DNA of 64,000 nucleotides, taken from NCBI GenBank assembly GCA_001819435.1, contig MHMT01000003.1, positions 5,797-69,796 on the forward strand. Direction: 5' to 3'. The notes beneath the pieces were generated by a model, which was not told the DNA's origin, made no database searches, and saw only the letters and a list, made by a program, of their open reading frames with translations. Below, piece after piece: positions 9,269 to 19,722 of the stretch. A program made the translations under genes and the position numbers. The number at the start of each line of letters is the position of its first letter. Position 1 is the first letter of the stretch. This DNA is from Candidatus Portnoybacteria bacterium RBG_13_40_8 (lineage in GTDB: Bacteria; Patescibacteriota; Minisyncoccia; RBG-13-40-8-A).

Positions 9269-10651
9269 ATGAAAATTTTTATATTAAATCCACCGATTTA
9301 TTCTAAGAAAAAGTCAATAATGAACGTTAGGCCAAGACAACCGCTAAGTTTGGCTTATATTACTAGCTTACTTTTAAAAAAAAGCTACGAAGTTAATTTG
9401 TTTGACGCTAATGTCATGGGTTATAAAACGGACCGGACTATAAAAGAAATTGAAGATTATCATCCAGATATTTTAATTTTAACCTCAACCCCAATTGATA
9501 GGTGGGAATGCCCAAATTCTCATATAGATTCGATTTTCGAGATTATTAATAAAAGTCGGATAAATCCGACAATTTTAACTGGTTCCCATGGTTCATTGAC
9601 CCCTGATTGGATTTTTAAAAAATGTAGTGTTCAGTATATTGTTCGGTGCGAACCAGAAATGACGGTTTTAAATCTAATAGAAGCTCTGGTAAAAAAAGAA
9701 GACATTAAAAAGATTAGAGGGATTTCTTATAAGATTGGTAGTAAGGTCATTAACAATGAAGATGCTGCCCGGATAGAAAATTTAGATAATTTACCCTTGC
9801 CAGCTTACCATTTATTGCCAATGAATAAATACAGATACGGTTTTCCCGAACTGTCTCCGCCATTTACAATTATGTTAACTTCGCGAGGCTGTCCATTTAA
9901 TTGCATTTTTTGTTTGAAAGTAATGTCTAAAGGAAAATATATTACCAGAAGTTCGGAGAACGTCATCAAAGAAATAGAATACTTGATTGATAATTTCAAA
10001 ATTAAATCAATTTTCTTTCAGGACTGGGAATTTACAATTAATAAAGAGAGGGTAAAAAAAATTTGTGATTTGATTTTAAAGAAAAATTTAAGAATTATTT
10101 GGGGTTGTAATGCTCGGGCAAATGATTTATCATATGAATTAGTTGAAAAAATGAAGAAAGCTGGTTGCGTTAGAGTTAATATTGGATTTGAGTCGGGCTC
10201 GCAGAAGATTTTAGACAATATTAATAAAGGTATTAAAGTTGGGGACCTGGAGAATGCAGTGGAAATTTGCAGAAAAAATAATATTAATATTGGAATGTAT
10301 GCTATGTTAAATTTGCCTGGAGAAAACAAAGAAACGATAAAAGAAACCGTTGATTTTTTTGCCCAAAATAAGATTGAGTCAATGACACTAAATTTAGCAA
10401 TTCCTTATTTTGGAACTCCACTTTTTGAGAGATTAAAAACGGCTAATAAAAAAACCAATTTTAATTGGGACAATATTGAGGAATATGCCGGGAAAATAGA
10501 TGTCGAACAAAGCCCAAGGGCAGCCCGTTTATATTATCGGCATTTTAAATTTAAGAATAAATTTGGCTTTTTTTATTTTTTCCACCCAGGATTTTGTAAG
10601 TGGGCAATAAGATTTATAAAGAACAAAATTAAGAAATATATAAAAAAATAA
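9269..10651 (+). CDS. B12-binding-domain radical SAM enzyme
   Basis: GCPFNCIFC motif, IGFESGS motif, and an N-terminal B12-binding-like domain. Confidence 0.75.
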   Translation: MKIFILNPPIYSKKKSIMNVRPRQPLSLAYITSLLLKKSYEVNLFDANVMGYKTDRTIKEIEDYHPDILILTSTPIDRWECPNSHIDSIFEIINKSRINPTILTGSHGSLTPDWIFKKCSVQYIVRCEPEMTVLNLIEALVKKEDIKKIRGISYKIGSKVINNEDAARIENLDNLPLPAYHLLPMNKYRYGFPELSPPFTIMLTSRGCPFNCIFCLKVMSKGKYITRSSENVIKEIEYLIDNFKIKSIFFQDWEFTINKERVKKICDLILKKNLRIIWGCNARANDLSYELVEKMKKAGCVRVNIGFESGSQKILDNINKGIKVGDLENAVEICRKNNINIGMYAMLNLPGENKETIKETVDFFAQNKIESMTLNLAIPYFGTPLFERLKTANKKTNFNWDNIEEYAGKIDVEQSPRAARLYYRHFKFKNKFGFFYFFHPGFCKWAIRFIKNKIKKYIKK

Positions 10652-10660
10652 ATAGATAAC

Positions 10661-12106
10661 ATGATTGTTTTACTTCAAATCAATTATTCTAAATATCAGT
10701 CCGAGATAGATTTTCCTTTGGGGATTTTGTCTGTTGGAAGCGCCTTGAAAAAGGCAGGTTTTGAGGTAAAATTGTTTAATATTACTGAAAATAATATTAA
10801 TGAAACAGTTGATGAAATTATTACCTTATCCCCAGAATTTTTAGGTGTATCTGTAATGACTGGTATCCAAACTAAACATAGCGCTGAGTTTTGTCAGAAA
10901 ATAAAAAAGAAGAAAAATAATCTCACAATTGTTTGGGGGGGGATTCACCCATCACTGTTGCCAGAACAATGTTTGCAGGAAAGTTATATAGATTATGTTG
11001 TTATAGGAGAAGGGGAAATAACAATTATAGAATTTATCAGGAGATTAAGGAATGGCGATGGCTTTGATGATGTGGCTGGTTTGGGTCATAAAAAAAATGG
11101 AAAAGTCATAATTAACAGATCTCGAGACCTTATAGAGAATTTAGATAAATATAGATTAGATTTTAGCCTTATTGATGTTGAAAAGTATATCTTTAAACCA
11201 AGGGGCGCTAAGCGAACAATGGTCTATAAGGCGAGTAGGGGCTGTACTTTTAATTGCGCCTTTTGTTATAATAAGATTTTTAATAGGGGTCGTTGGCGAG
11301 CTTGGTCAGTTGATGCAGTGGTTGAAGATATTGATTTTTTAAAGAAAAATTACGGAGTGAACGCCATTCAATTTTATGACGACAACTTCTTCATTAATCA
11401 ACAGAGGGCCTTAGAGATCTTAGAGAGGGTTGATTTGCCAAGTCACGTAGAAATCAGGATAGATATGATTACTGACGACCTGGCTCAGAAGCTAAAGAAA
11501 TTAAAAGTTGACAAGCTTCTAATTGGTATAGAGTCAGGTAGCAATAGGATGTTGAAGTTGATTAATAAGGGCTATACAGTAGATAGGATTCAAAAAGGTA
11601 TAAAGATTTTGGCAAAATACGATCTTTACACCACTTATTCTACAATTGTGGGTTTGCCCACAGAAACCAAAGAAGAGTTTAATAAAACACTTGATTTAAT
11701 ATATTGGATTCGCAAAATACATCCGCGGTCCGGATTCAATTTGGGTACTTACTTGCCTTATCCTGGCTCTTTAATGTATCAGTTTGCTATTGAACAAGGG
11801 TTTAAGCCACCGCAAAGAACAGAGGACTGGGGAAGTATTGATAGATTTAGAAAAGATTTTTCATCTCCTTGGGTAGATAGTAAAAAAGTTTGGTGGATCA
11901 GGGAGTATTTAAAAATTTTTAATTATAAGATTGGTTTATTGAATAAATGGTTAGAATTCAGGATAAAAAGCAGATTTTTTAGTTTCCATTTGGATGCTTA
12001 TATCATTAAGCGTTTGGCGGGATTGGCCATTGAAGAAAAGGGGATTATTGGTAAGATTTTAAGGAAAATTCATTCTCTAATTAAAAAATTCAAATCAGGT
12101 CCATAA
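10661..12106 (+). CDS. B12-binding-domain radical SAM enzyme
   Basis: GCTFNCAFC motif, IGIESGS motif, and an N-terminal B12-like domain (VIGEGE). Confidence 0.75.
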   Translation: MIVLLQINYSKYQSEIDFPLGILSVGSALKKAGFEVKLFNITENNINETVDEIITLSPEFLGVSVMTGIQTKHSAEFCQKIKKKKNNLTIVWGGIHPSLLPEQCLQESYIDYVVIGEGEITIIEFIRRLRNGDGFDDVAGLGHKKNGKVIINRSRDLIENLDKYRLDFSLIDVEKYIFKPRGAKRTMVYKASRGCTFNCAFCYNKIFNRGRWRAWSVDAVVEDIDFLKKNYGVNAIQFYDDNFFINQQRALEILERVDLPSHVEIRIDMITDDLAQKLKKLKVDKLLIGIESGSNRMLKLINKGYTVDRIQKGIKILAKYDLYTTYSTIVGLPTETKEEFNKTLDLIYWIRKIHPRSGFNLGTYLPYPGSLMYQFAIEQGFKPPQRTEDWGSIDRFRKDFSSPWVDSKKVWWIREYLKIFNYKIGLLNKWLEFRIKSRFFSFHLDAYIIKRLAGLAIEEKGIIGKILRKIHSLIKKFKSGP

Positions 12107-12252
12107 AGACGTTCAAAAATACACTCAAATGATTAAAAAAGTTTTTTCGAGAGAAGTATTTTAGAAATATACCCACTTAATAAAAATTTTGAGCTATCCT
12201 TGATTTATGTTTTTAAAAAGCAGTAATAGAAATTTATAAAATAAATCATTAA

Positions 12253-13371
12253 ATGATAAATAAAGAAAACAATCCCAAAAAACTAACAGTTTGTTATTTT
12301 GGATTTTACGAACCTGACTTTTCCAGAAACCAGGTTTATATTGACGGATTAAAGAAAAACGGAGTCGAAGTAGTTGAATGTAATGACTTTTCTAAATCTA
12401 AATTTTTGAAATACCGGAATCTCTATCGCGAACACTGGAAAATTAGAAAAAAATATGACTTAATGATTGTAAGCCACATATGGAGAACTACAAATCTTTC
12501 AGACCACTTTGCTGTTCCTTTTGCGAAATTGATCTCTAGAAAAAAAATTATCCACAACGCAATGTGTTCGAACTATGAAGCCGCTATTTTATGTCGCGAG
12601 GTGGCAAAACAAGGTTCTTTTAGGGCAAAACTATACTGGATGGCCGATTATCTGGCTTGTCACTACGCCTCCCTGATTTTAGTCGAAACTGAAGAACAAA
12701 AAAAATTCTATATTAAGAATTTTAAAATCAATGAAAAAAAATGTATAAGAATGTGGACCGGAGCAAACGATAAAGATTTCTTTATTGAGCCAGTTAATAA
12801 AAACGAAAAATTTACAGTTGTACTTAGGGGTGGGCTTTTGCCAGAAACAGGCATCGAATACGTGCTTAAGGCTGCTAAAAAATTAGAAGACGAAGGTGTT
12901 AATTTTTTGATATTGGGCTGGGCAAAAACAGAAAAAATTGAAAAAAATATTGAAGAAATTATGAGAAACAAAGGCCCTAAAAATTTAAAATTTATTACCG
13001 AATATCTCCCACTTGAAAATTTAAGAAAAACCATGCTATCCCATCATGCTAGTTTGGGTCAATTTGGAAATCATGAAAGAATTGAAAGAACAATTCCCCA
13101 CCGAGCATTTGAAAGCCTGGCTCTCGGCTTACCATATATAACTGCTGAGGCGGCTGGAGTTAAAGAATTACTAACCAATAGAGTAAATTGTTTGTTTGTC
13201 AAACGAGCTAACCCCAACGATCTTGCTGAAAAAATACTAGAACTAAGGGATAGCCCAGAATTAAGAAAAAAAATAGCCGAAAACGGCTATAAATTGTATA
13301 AAGAAAAATTAACTCCCAAGGTTCTGGGAGAAGAATTATTGAGTATTTGTCATCGCCTTATTAAAAACTAA
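12253..13371 (+). CDS. glycosyltransferase (GT4-like C-terminal domain)
   Basis: ESLALGLPYITAEAAGVKELL and RKKIAENGY. Its N-terminus matches the two remnant fragments. Confidence 0.55.
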   Translation: MINKENNPKKLTVCYFGFYEPDFSRNQVYIDGLKKNGVEVVECNDFSKSKFLKYRNLYREHWKIRKKYDLMIVSHIWRTTNLSDHFAVPFAKLISRKKIIHNAMCSNYEAAILCREVAKQGSFRAKLYWMADYLACHYASLILVETEEQKKFYIKNFKINEKKCIRMWTGANDKDFFIEPVNKNEKFTVVLRGGLLPETGIEYVLKAAKKLEDEGVNFLILGWAKTEKIEKNIEEIMRNKGPKNLKFITEYLPLENLRKTMLSHHASLGQFGNHERIERTIPHRAFESLALGLPYITAEAAGVKELLTNRVNCLFVKRANPNDLAEKILELRDSPELRKKIAENGYKLYKEKLTPKVLGEELLSICHRLIKN

Positions 13372-14538
13372 CAAAGTTTTTTTAGCTGTATTCTCCCAGG
13401 TAAAAGTATCTGCTTTTTGCCGGCCCTTACTTATCAATTGTTCTCGTAAATCGTAATTTAAGAGAACTTTTTTTATACATTCAACAAGTTTTTCTAAATT
13501 ATTGGTCTCGAATAATAATCCGGCATCTCCCACAATCTCGTCGATGCTGGTATTGTTAGCCGCCACAACAGGTAATTCGTGCTCGAATGCTTCTACGATA
13601 GGCAAGCCAAAACCCTCAAAAGAGGAGGGGAAAACCAGCGCTCCTGCTTTTTGATAAATGTAATTTAATTGTTTATCCGGTATATAGCCCAAAAATAATA
13701 CTTTTTTTGACAATCCATAGAGTTTGATTAAGTCGTCAATTTCTTTTTTTACTTTTTCATTTTTTATTATCCCCGTAAGCACTAAGTTCAAATCAGGAAA
13801 TTCATATTTTAATTTATTTAGGGCTTCTATTAATATTTTGTGGTTTTTGTGTGGCCAAAATGTGGCCGGATAAAAGATAAAATTCTTGGGTAGCGAAATA
13901 GCGCCTTTTTCATTTTTTTTATTATCAGCGCCCAAATAAATAGTGGTAATCTTGTTGGGATTAATTTTATATTTTTCTATAATGGTTTTTTTAGTGTAAT
14001 CGGAAATTGCAATAATGTGATTTGAATTTAAAACAGAATATCGATATTCTGTTTTTCTGTGTTCTAGTATATTGCTGGAAAAATTCTTTGGAAAATATTC
14101 ATGCTGCAAATCATATATTGTGGTAATTATTTTAACGTTCTTTATTCCCTTGGGATAAATAATCATTGCCGGGAAAAATAATATATCTATATTTTTTTTA
14201 TTTATCAAAGATTGAATTTCCTTTGTCATTATTTTTTCTTTGGCTAAGTCATTGTTTTTTATTTTTGTAATCAATTTCAAAAAAGCCCTTACAGGATTGA
14301 ATATAAAATCGCGGCGGATATCAATAATTTTTAGTTTAACATTTTTATTTTTTCTGTATCTTTTTTTAAGATATTTATAATTGTATAAATTTATTAAGAG
14401 ACAGTATTTACTGTCTTTATCAATATTAAAAAGATTATCAAGAAGGTTCTGTATATAAACAAAACTACCCGTGCCATTCGGGCGCAATACCCACAAAAGA
14501 TTAATGGCTATATTTTTATTTTTAATATGATCTTTCAT
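13336..14538 (-). CDS. GT4-family glycosyltransferase
   Basis: EGFGLPIVEAFEHELPVVAANNTSIDEIVGDAG is a GT4 signature. Confidence 0.7.
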   Translation of the reverse strand: MKDHIKNKNIAINLLWVLRPNGTGSFVYIQNLLDNLFNIDKDSKYCLLINLYNYKYLKKRYRKNKNVKLKIIDIRRDFIFNPVRAFLKLITKIKNNDLAKEKIMTKEIQSLINKKNIDILFFPAMIIYPKGIKNVKIITTIYDLQHEYFPKNFSSNILEHRKTEYRYSVLNSNHIIAISDYTKKTIIEKYKINPNKITTIYLGADNKKNEKGAISLPKNFIFYPATFWPHKNHKILIEALNKLKYEFPDLNLVLTGIIKNEKVKKEIDDLIKLYGLSKKVLFLGYIPDKQLNYIYQKAGALVFPSSFEGFGLPIVEAFEHELPVVAANNTSIDEIVGDAGLLFETNNLEKLVECIKKVLLNYDLREQLISKGRQKADTFTWENTAKKTLLVFNKAMTNTQ

Positions 14539-15773
14539 TGATTTTTAACAAACTTATTCATAATTTCTTTGTACACTCTTTCAGAAGAATTTGAGTCAAC
14601 ATATTTATGGATTAATTTTTGGCAATTACTAATTTTTTTTGAGCATTCCTTCATAAAATCCTCTTTGTTGTTCATATAATTATCTAGGGCATTCAATAAA
14701 GCATCAAAAGTTTTTACTATCGGTCCAAGCACCAGGTTTTCAAAATCTTCATATAACGTCCGGTGTTCTGTTTTGTATTCCTTCAGATCATACCAATAGA
14801 AAATAATCGGCTTTGAACATAAAAGAAAATTATAACATACCGTGGAATAATCCGTTATAAGAATATCAACGTATTTTAAGGCTGGAAAAATATCATTTAA
14901 ATTATTTGGGGTTAGAATGTTTTTACAAGAATAAGGAATCTGCAAGGTTGATTCTTTAACAGGATGTAATTTTACAATAAAAACACTGTTATTTTTTTCT
15001 AAAAATGAATTCAGCTTTTCCCAATTAATTGGAACATCCATTGATTTCGACTCATAAATTCTGACGTCTCTATAGGTTGGCATATATAGGATGACTTTCT
15101 TTTTATGTGCTTTAAGGCTCTTGATTAATTTTAAGTCCTCGTCGATAAAAGGGTTTTCAACGTTTTTTAAGAGCGTATCATTACATGGATACCCCGTCAC
15201 AACAACATCTCCTGCCCTTTTGCCGAAGGCGCTTTTCATGCATTTTTTTGTCATTTCTGAAATGCAAATCATCATATCATATTTTTCATATTCCCAGGGA
15301 TTAAAAAATCTATTTCTTAACCGCTGTAAGATATCGTCGTGATACAATTTATAGAAATAGTTATTTTTTAAATCCGAATCCAATCCAATTTTCTTAATCC
15401 CTACGCCGTGCCATAAATTTATCTTCTTAGCCCCACGAGAAAGAAAATAACTGATATCGTAATTTGTATGTACATTAAAAATATATATTCCCCCTCGCAC
15501 AGCATAATAATAACCTTTCGGAGAATTTAAATAATATGCTTCAAATCCTTTTGCTTGCAACATTTCGACAATTTTTTTAGTTCTTGATATCCAAATTTTC
15601 CTAATATTCTTTTTATTAGAATTATGTAAATATAAAAATAACCATTTTGAATTACCAAAAAAAGTTTTATTCCTTGAACCAAAAATCCAGATTTTCCGGT
15701 CCCTTGGAATAAATCCTACAAAAAAATATATCATATGCAACAAAAGATGTTTTATTATAGTTTTTATGCGCAT
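14535..15773 (-). CDS. CDP-glycerol glycerophosphotransferase family (TagB/TagF-like)
   Basis: ILYMPTYRD and LITDYSTVCYNFLL match conserved TagF-family motifs. Start trimmed to MRIKT (TAATG overlap with the upstream stop). Confidence 0.55.
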   Translation of the reverse strand: MRIKTIIKHLLLHMIYFFVGFIPRDRKIWIFGSRNKTFFGNSKWLFLYLHNSNKKNIRKIWISRTKKIVEMLQAKGFEAYYLNSPKGYYYAVRGGIYIFNVHTNYDISYFLSRGAKKINLWHGVGIKKIGLDSDLKNNYFYKLYHDDILQRLRNRFFNPWEYEKYDMMICISEMTKKCMKSAFGKRAGDVVVTGYPCNDTLLKNVENPFIDEDLKLIKSLKAHKKKVILYMPTYRDVRIYESKSMDVPINWEKLNSFLEKNNSVFIVKLHPVKESTLQIPYSCKNILTPNNLNDIFPALKYVDILITDYSTVCYNFLLCSKPIIFYWYDLKEYKTEHRTLYEDFENLVLGPIVKTFDALLNALDNYMNNKEDFMKECSKKISNCQKLIHKYVDSNSSERVYKEIMNKFVKNQ

Positions 15774-17320
15774 TATATTTTGCTGGTTAGTTTTTTGAAC
15801 CCGGGTTTTCTCACGGCTTCGATATAACAACTTAGCTCTTTTAGGATGGTATTTTTTTTAGTAGAGTATTGATTAAGGATTTCATTCCAGTACCAATCAT
15901 TAATGGCTTTGTCCTTTAATTGGGAAAATGATAGGAGGGGACAGGCAGTAAGATCTATGCGAGAAATTTTATGAATATAGATATAAACTGCTTTAGCTAT
16001 ATTTTGAGCTTCGGCAGGTAATTTTTCAATTTCATTGGCCCTGTTTAAAATTTCAAAATATTCTTTTTTTGTTTCGGGCTCTAAAACAAAGCCTAATTTA
16101 GTATAACGATTATCGCCAGCTGTAATTGAAGGAATGGCCCCCATTGCGGGTAATTCAAAGCCAGCTGAACCAGTGCATGTAACAATTAAATCAGCGCAAT
16201 AAATTAAACTCCGGGTATCTATTTGATTGTTTTCATCAATGTAAATAACATTATTAGAACATTCGGAGAATAATTTTTTAAAGTTTACGTCTTTTGTGAT
16301 GTACCATTTAATTGAAGGGTGTTGTTTAAAGATCCAATTAATTTTATTATTTTTTTTTGCGAATTCAAGCGTTTGAATAAACCAATCATAGTAATCTTTA
16401 AAAACCATCCATTTGAAAGTAGTGTGTGGGTGGTCATTAAATGCATGGAGCATGATAAAGACATTTTTTTTGTCCGGATTAAGTTTAAAGTCTTTATTAA
16501 AAAAAGTTCGGTCGGTATAATATTTTTTATTTTTCGAGAAGGCATTTGGGCCGTCAAGACTGCCCTTGCCAGAAACTTCTTTTCTAAAAACTTCCAAGAA
16601 AACATTTTTGAGTCTTGGTCCCAGCTGGTTGATGATTTTTTGGGTGTCAGATTGAGAAGATTTATTGGGATGAACAATTTCTTTTAAGCTCTTGAAAGAT
16701 CGTAATGTTGCCTGATGATGACCAGTATGCAGATATCCTTGATAACCATAGCGTAGAGCAGAGCGCAACATAACGCCACCGATGATTCCTTGTTGATGAG
16801 AAACCAGAACACCGGCATAGTTCCCATTTTGTAGAATGTTTTTAATTTTAAGGTGCCGAAAAATACAGAGAGCGGTAATCTTAAAAATTTTAAAGTCGAT
16901 TTTTTTAATTGTTGCAACGTGGTTCTCGTGTAGGTAGGTGTCATAAACAATATCGCCATATTTTACCCCATCATAGCGAATCCCGAGAATATCTTTAGTA
17001 AAAAGAACCTTAAGAAATTTTAAAAGAGCAATAACTATAGCGCGTAGTTTTCGCAATTCTCGGACCAGTGATTTTTTTCGAGTCGTTACTATTTCAATAT
17101 CGGGAAAGTATGATTGTAAGAACTGACGCTCTAAGCATCCCTTTTTACAAAGCCAGGCAGGGGTATAACCTTTTGCCTGGTTTATAATCATGGCAAAAAT
17201 CGCACTTGTGTGAATAATCATTGCCCGCCTTGGTTCTTCAATGAGTATTTTTTTGCCACTATCTTTAATAGTAAATTGCGACCAAAATTTTCTATTTTCT
17301 TTAATGAATCTATTAATCAC
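15773..17320 (-). CDS. hypothetical protein, possibly a capsule-polysaccharide-synthesis (KpsC/KpsS-like) transferase
   Basis: Weak family resemblance only (KQHP motif region and a Gly-rich TCTGSAGFE segment). Confidence 0.3.
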   Translation of the reverse strand: MINRFIKENRKFWSQFTIKDSGKKILIEEPRRAMIIHTSAIFAMIINQAKGYTPAWLCKKGCLERQFLQSYFPDIEIVTTRKKSLVRELRKLRAIVIALLKFLKVLFTKDILGIRYDGVKYGDIVYDTYLHENHVATIKKIDFKIFKITALCIFRHLKIKNILQNGNYAGVLVSHQQGIIGGVMLRSALRYGYQGYLHTGHHQATLRSFKSLKEIVHPNKSSQSDTQKIINQLGPRLKNVFLEVFRKEVSGKGSLDGPNAFSKNKKYYTDRTFFNKDFKLNPDKKNVFIMLHAFNDHPHTTFKWMVFKDYYDWFIQTLEFAKKNNKINWIFKQHPSIKWYITKDVNFKKLFSECSNNVIYIDENNQIDTRSLIYCADLIVTCTGSAGFELPAMGAIPSITAGDNRYTKLGFVLEPETKKEYFEILNRANEIEKLPAEAQNIAKAVYIYIHKISRIDLTACPLLSFSQLKDKAINDWYWNEILNQYSTKKNTILKELSCYIEAVRKPGFKKLTSKI

Positions 17321-18075
17321 ATTCTTATTCTTATATATCTTACACTTTTTCTAATTAAGTCTTTAAATTCCTTAAATGATTTAACTTTTTTAAAGTTTTC
17401 TAAATACTTTTTTAGAATTCTCTCGCGTCCTTTTACCAGGTGGAAAGACTCTACAAGTTCGAAGGTAGTTACATGGGCATTTGCATTGCTCTTGATAACC
17501 CAGTTTCTTTGTAAATTATTGGCTAGAAATCGGCCGTTGTTAGTTCTGCCGTCAACTACTATGAAAGTTCTTTCTGTCAGGGTCGGCTCCATCAAAAGAA
17601 TATCAGCAGCCACTAAACTTCTTTTATTTTGCCAGGATAAGCCATTTATATTTTCTTGAACATCTTTTGGGTCTGGACCGTCAAGGTAAATAAAGTCAGG
17701 AATTATATCCGGAAGGCTTTTGTAAAAATGGCACATTCTTCCGTTAAATGTTCCTGCCCTTACCTCCGAATAACAAAGTTCAACATACTCTTTTAATTCG
17801 GGTGGAATTAGTTTGTTAGCAACATTAATCCACTTCTTTGAAGCATCAACCGAAAATACCTTGCCATTATTAACTCGTGAAGCATCAGCTAAAATTATAG
17901 TCGTCCATCCTACGCCAAATTCAAGTATCTTGATTGCTTTTCTTTCAAGAATCAGTTTGTGTAAATGGGCTAAATCAGGGTAGTCTGGTTTTTTTTGACC
18001 TTCTACTCCGTCCTGTAAGTATTTCATCAACCCGTGTTTTTCCAAGTATTTTTTAGATTTTTTTAGTTTGTTCAT
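17317..18075 (-). CDS. putative SAM-dependent (O-)methyltransferase, TylF/MycF-like
   Basis: ILEFGVGWTT motif-I-like segment and FIYLDGP. Confidence 0.4.
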   Translation of the reverse strand: MNKLKKSKKYLEKHGLMKYLQDGVEGQKKPDYPDLAHLHKLILERKAIKILEFGVGWTTIILADASRVNNGKVFSVDASKKWINVANKLIPPELKEYVELCYSEVRAGTFNGRMCHFYKSLPDIIPDFIYLDGPDPKDVQENINGLSWQNKRSLVAADILLMEPTLTERTFIVVDGRTNNGRFLANNLQRNWVIKSNANAHVTTFELVESFHLVKGRERILKKYLENFKKVKSFKEFKDLIRKSVRYIRIRM

Positions 18076-18085
18076 AAAATATAAT

Positions 18086-19021
18086 TTAATTCTCTTTATT
18101 TTTTAATAATACTTTTCTTAACTTATTGGCTAAGAAAATCTCAGTTTTTGCCATGGATTCATATGTTGCCCCTCCAATATGGGGAGTTAATATAAAATTT
18201 CTATTTTTTGTTAAGTGAATGAATTTGTTTAAATTATTTTTACCATTTTCGTCAGTAATAACATCCAAAGCAATGCCTTTAAAAAAGTTATTTTTAATTT
18301 TTTTAATAAGATAATCTTCGTCTAATAATTCGTTTCTTGCTGTATTAATAAAGTATTTATCTTGCAATAAGTCTATGTAATTTCTATTTAAAAATTTAGA
18401 ACCCTCATAAGAAGCACATAATAATACAATTTCACATTTTTTTATTAATTTTTTTAAATTGGTTATTTTTTTTGCACCATAACACGGCTTTATATTGAGC
18501 CTTACATCATAGAAGAACACATTGGCGCCGAATTCCGAGAAGTATTTTGCCAAAATTTTACCAATCCTGCCAAAGCCAATTATGCCAATATTTTTATTAT
18601 AAATTTCATGTCCTTTAAACTTATCTCTATTCCATTCTTTATTGTTTTTATTTAAAAAAGCATCTTTATAATTTCTTAAGAGCGACAAAACCAGGCCAAA
18701 AGCATGTTCGGGAGTTGCTCTTATGTTAGATAAAAATTTATTTTCATCTTTTAAAGAAATTAATAAAATATTTCTTTTTTTTATTTCTTCCAAATCTAAG
18801 TGATTAAGTCCAGTAGTAGGGGTGCAAATAAATTTCAATTTTTTAGCAGATTCTAATACCTTTTTGCCAATAAAATAATTAAGTCTAATAAAAATAATTT
18901 CTTTATTTCTGATAAAAGACTTCAAATTTTTACCATCAAAAAATTCAACACCACCAATTTTATTGAGAGAGTTAAGAGCTTTTTGTGAAAAATCCCCCTT
19001 TTCCAAAATTCCTATTCGCAT
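18086..19021 (-). CDS. D-isomer-specific 2-hydroxyacid dehydrogenase family, NAD-binding
   Basis: GIIGFGRIGKILAKYF dinucleotide-binding motif and the overall 2-HADH architecture. Confidence 0.65.
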   Translation of the reverse strand: MRIGILEKGDFSQKALNSLNKIGGVEFFDGKNLKSFIRNKEIIFIRLNYFIGKKVLESAKKLKFICTPTTGLNHLDLEEIKKRNILLISLKDENKFLSNIRATPEHAFGLVLSLLRNYKDAFLNKNNKEWNRDKFKGHEIYNKNIGIIGFGRIGKILAKYFSEFGANVFFYDVRLNIKPCYGAKKITNLKKLIKKCEIVLLCASYEGSKFLNRNYIDLLQDKYFINTARNELLDEDYLIKKIKNNFFKGIALDVITDENGKNNLNKFIHLTKNRNFILTPHIGGATYESMAKTEIFLANKLRKVLLKNKEN

Positions 19022-19722
19022 AGAGTTTTACGTAGTGTTTTTAAGTCTTTTTGTGTATCTATGTCTAGGGCTCTGTTTTTAGATATTTCGAAAAGTAATG
19101 GAGTATTAGAAATAATCCGATGGCATTTTTTAATATGCTTGACAGATGAAATATATATTGTGCCATCTCGAACAAAAATATTTTTTAACTCTTGTCTCCT
19201 TATCCCTTTATTGTGATTAAAAGATAACGGAATACCAAAGTTTTTTTCCTTATGGTAAAGCTCCGTTTCATCAATTTCGTCTTCACAATAAGCAGAAATT
19301 AACGATTCATTTTTATTTTTAAGATAAAGCTTTATCGCTTCTTTTATGTCTTTATATTTTCTTAGGGGTGAAGTCGGTTGCAGTATAACAACACAGTCAT
19401 AAAAAATTCCTTTTTTCTCGAAATGATTTATTGCGTGTACAACAAAATCAATCGGCTTCGCCTTATCTCCGGAAATCTTTTTGGGTCTTAAAAACGGCAC
19501 ATGCGCCCCTAGTCTTTGAGCAATATCTGCAATTTTTCGGCTATCGGTTGAGACAATAACCTCATCCACTAATCTATCTTTCTTAATTCTTAGAGCTGGA
19601 CCTATCGTGTAAGCAACTAAAGGCTTATTGCAAACATTAGTAATATTTTTATTTTTTATTCCTTTTGAACCACCTCGAGCGGGGATAATAACTAAAATTT
19701 TTTTGTTTTTATACATTATCAT
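19012..19722 (-). CDS. acylneuraminate cytidylyltransferase (CMP-nonulosonate synthetase family)
   Basis: ILVIIPARGGSKGIKNKNI is the N-terminal signature of CMP-NeuAc/CMP-Kdo synthetases. Confidence 0.75.
   Translation of the reverse strand: MIMYKNKKILVIIPARGGSKGIKNKNITNVCNKPLVAYTIGPALRIKKDRLVDEVIVSTDSRKIADIAQRLGAHVPFLRPKKISGDKAKPIDFVVHAINHFEKKGIFYDCVVILQPTSPLRKYKDIKEAIKLYLKNKNESLISAYCEDEIDETELYHKEKNFGIPLSFNHNKGIRRQELKNIFVRDGTIYISSVKHIKKCHRIISNTPLLFEISKNRALDIDTQKDLKTLRKTLCE

Noticed and set aside
14403-14422. Perfect 8-bp palindrome AGACAGTA-ttt-TACTGTCT resembling the 7326 terminator stem
   Set aside because: Internal to the GT4 CDS (encodes DSKYCLL on the minus strand) with no flanking T/A-runs. 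Most likely coincidental coding sequence.
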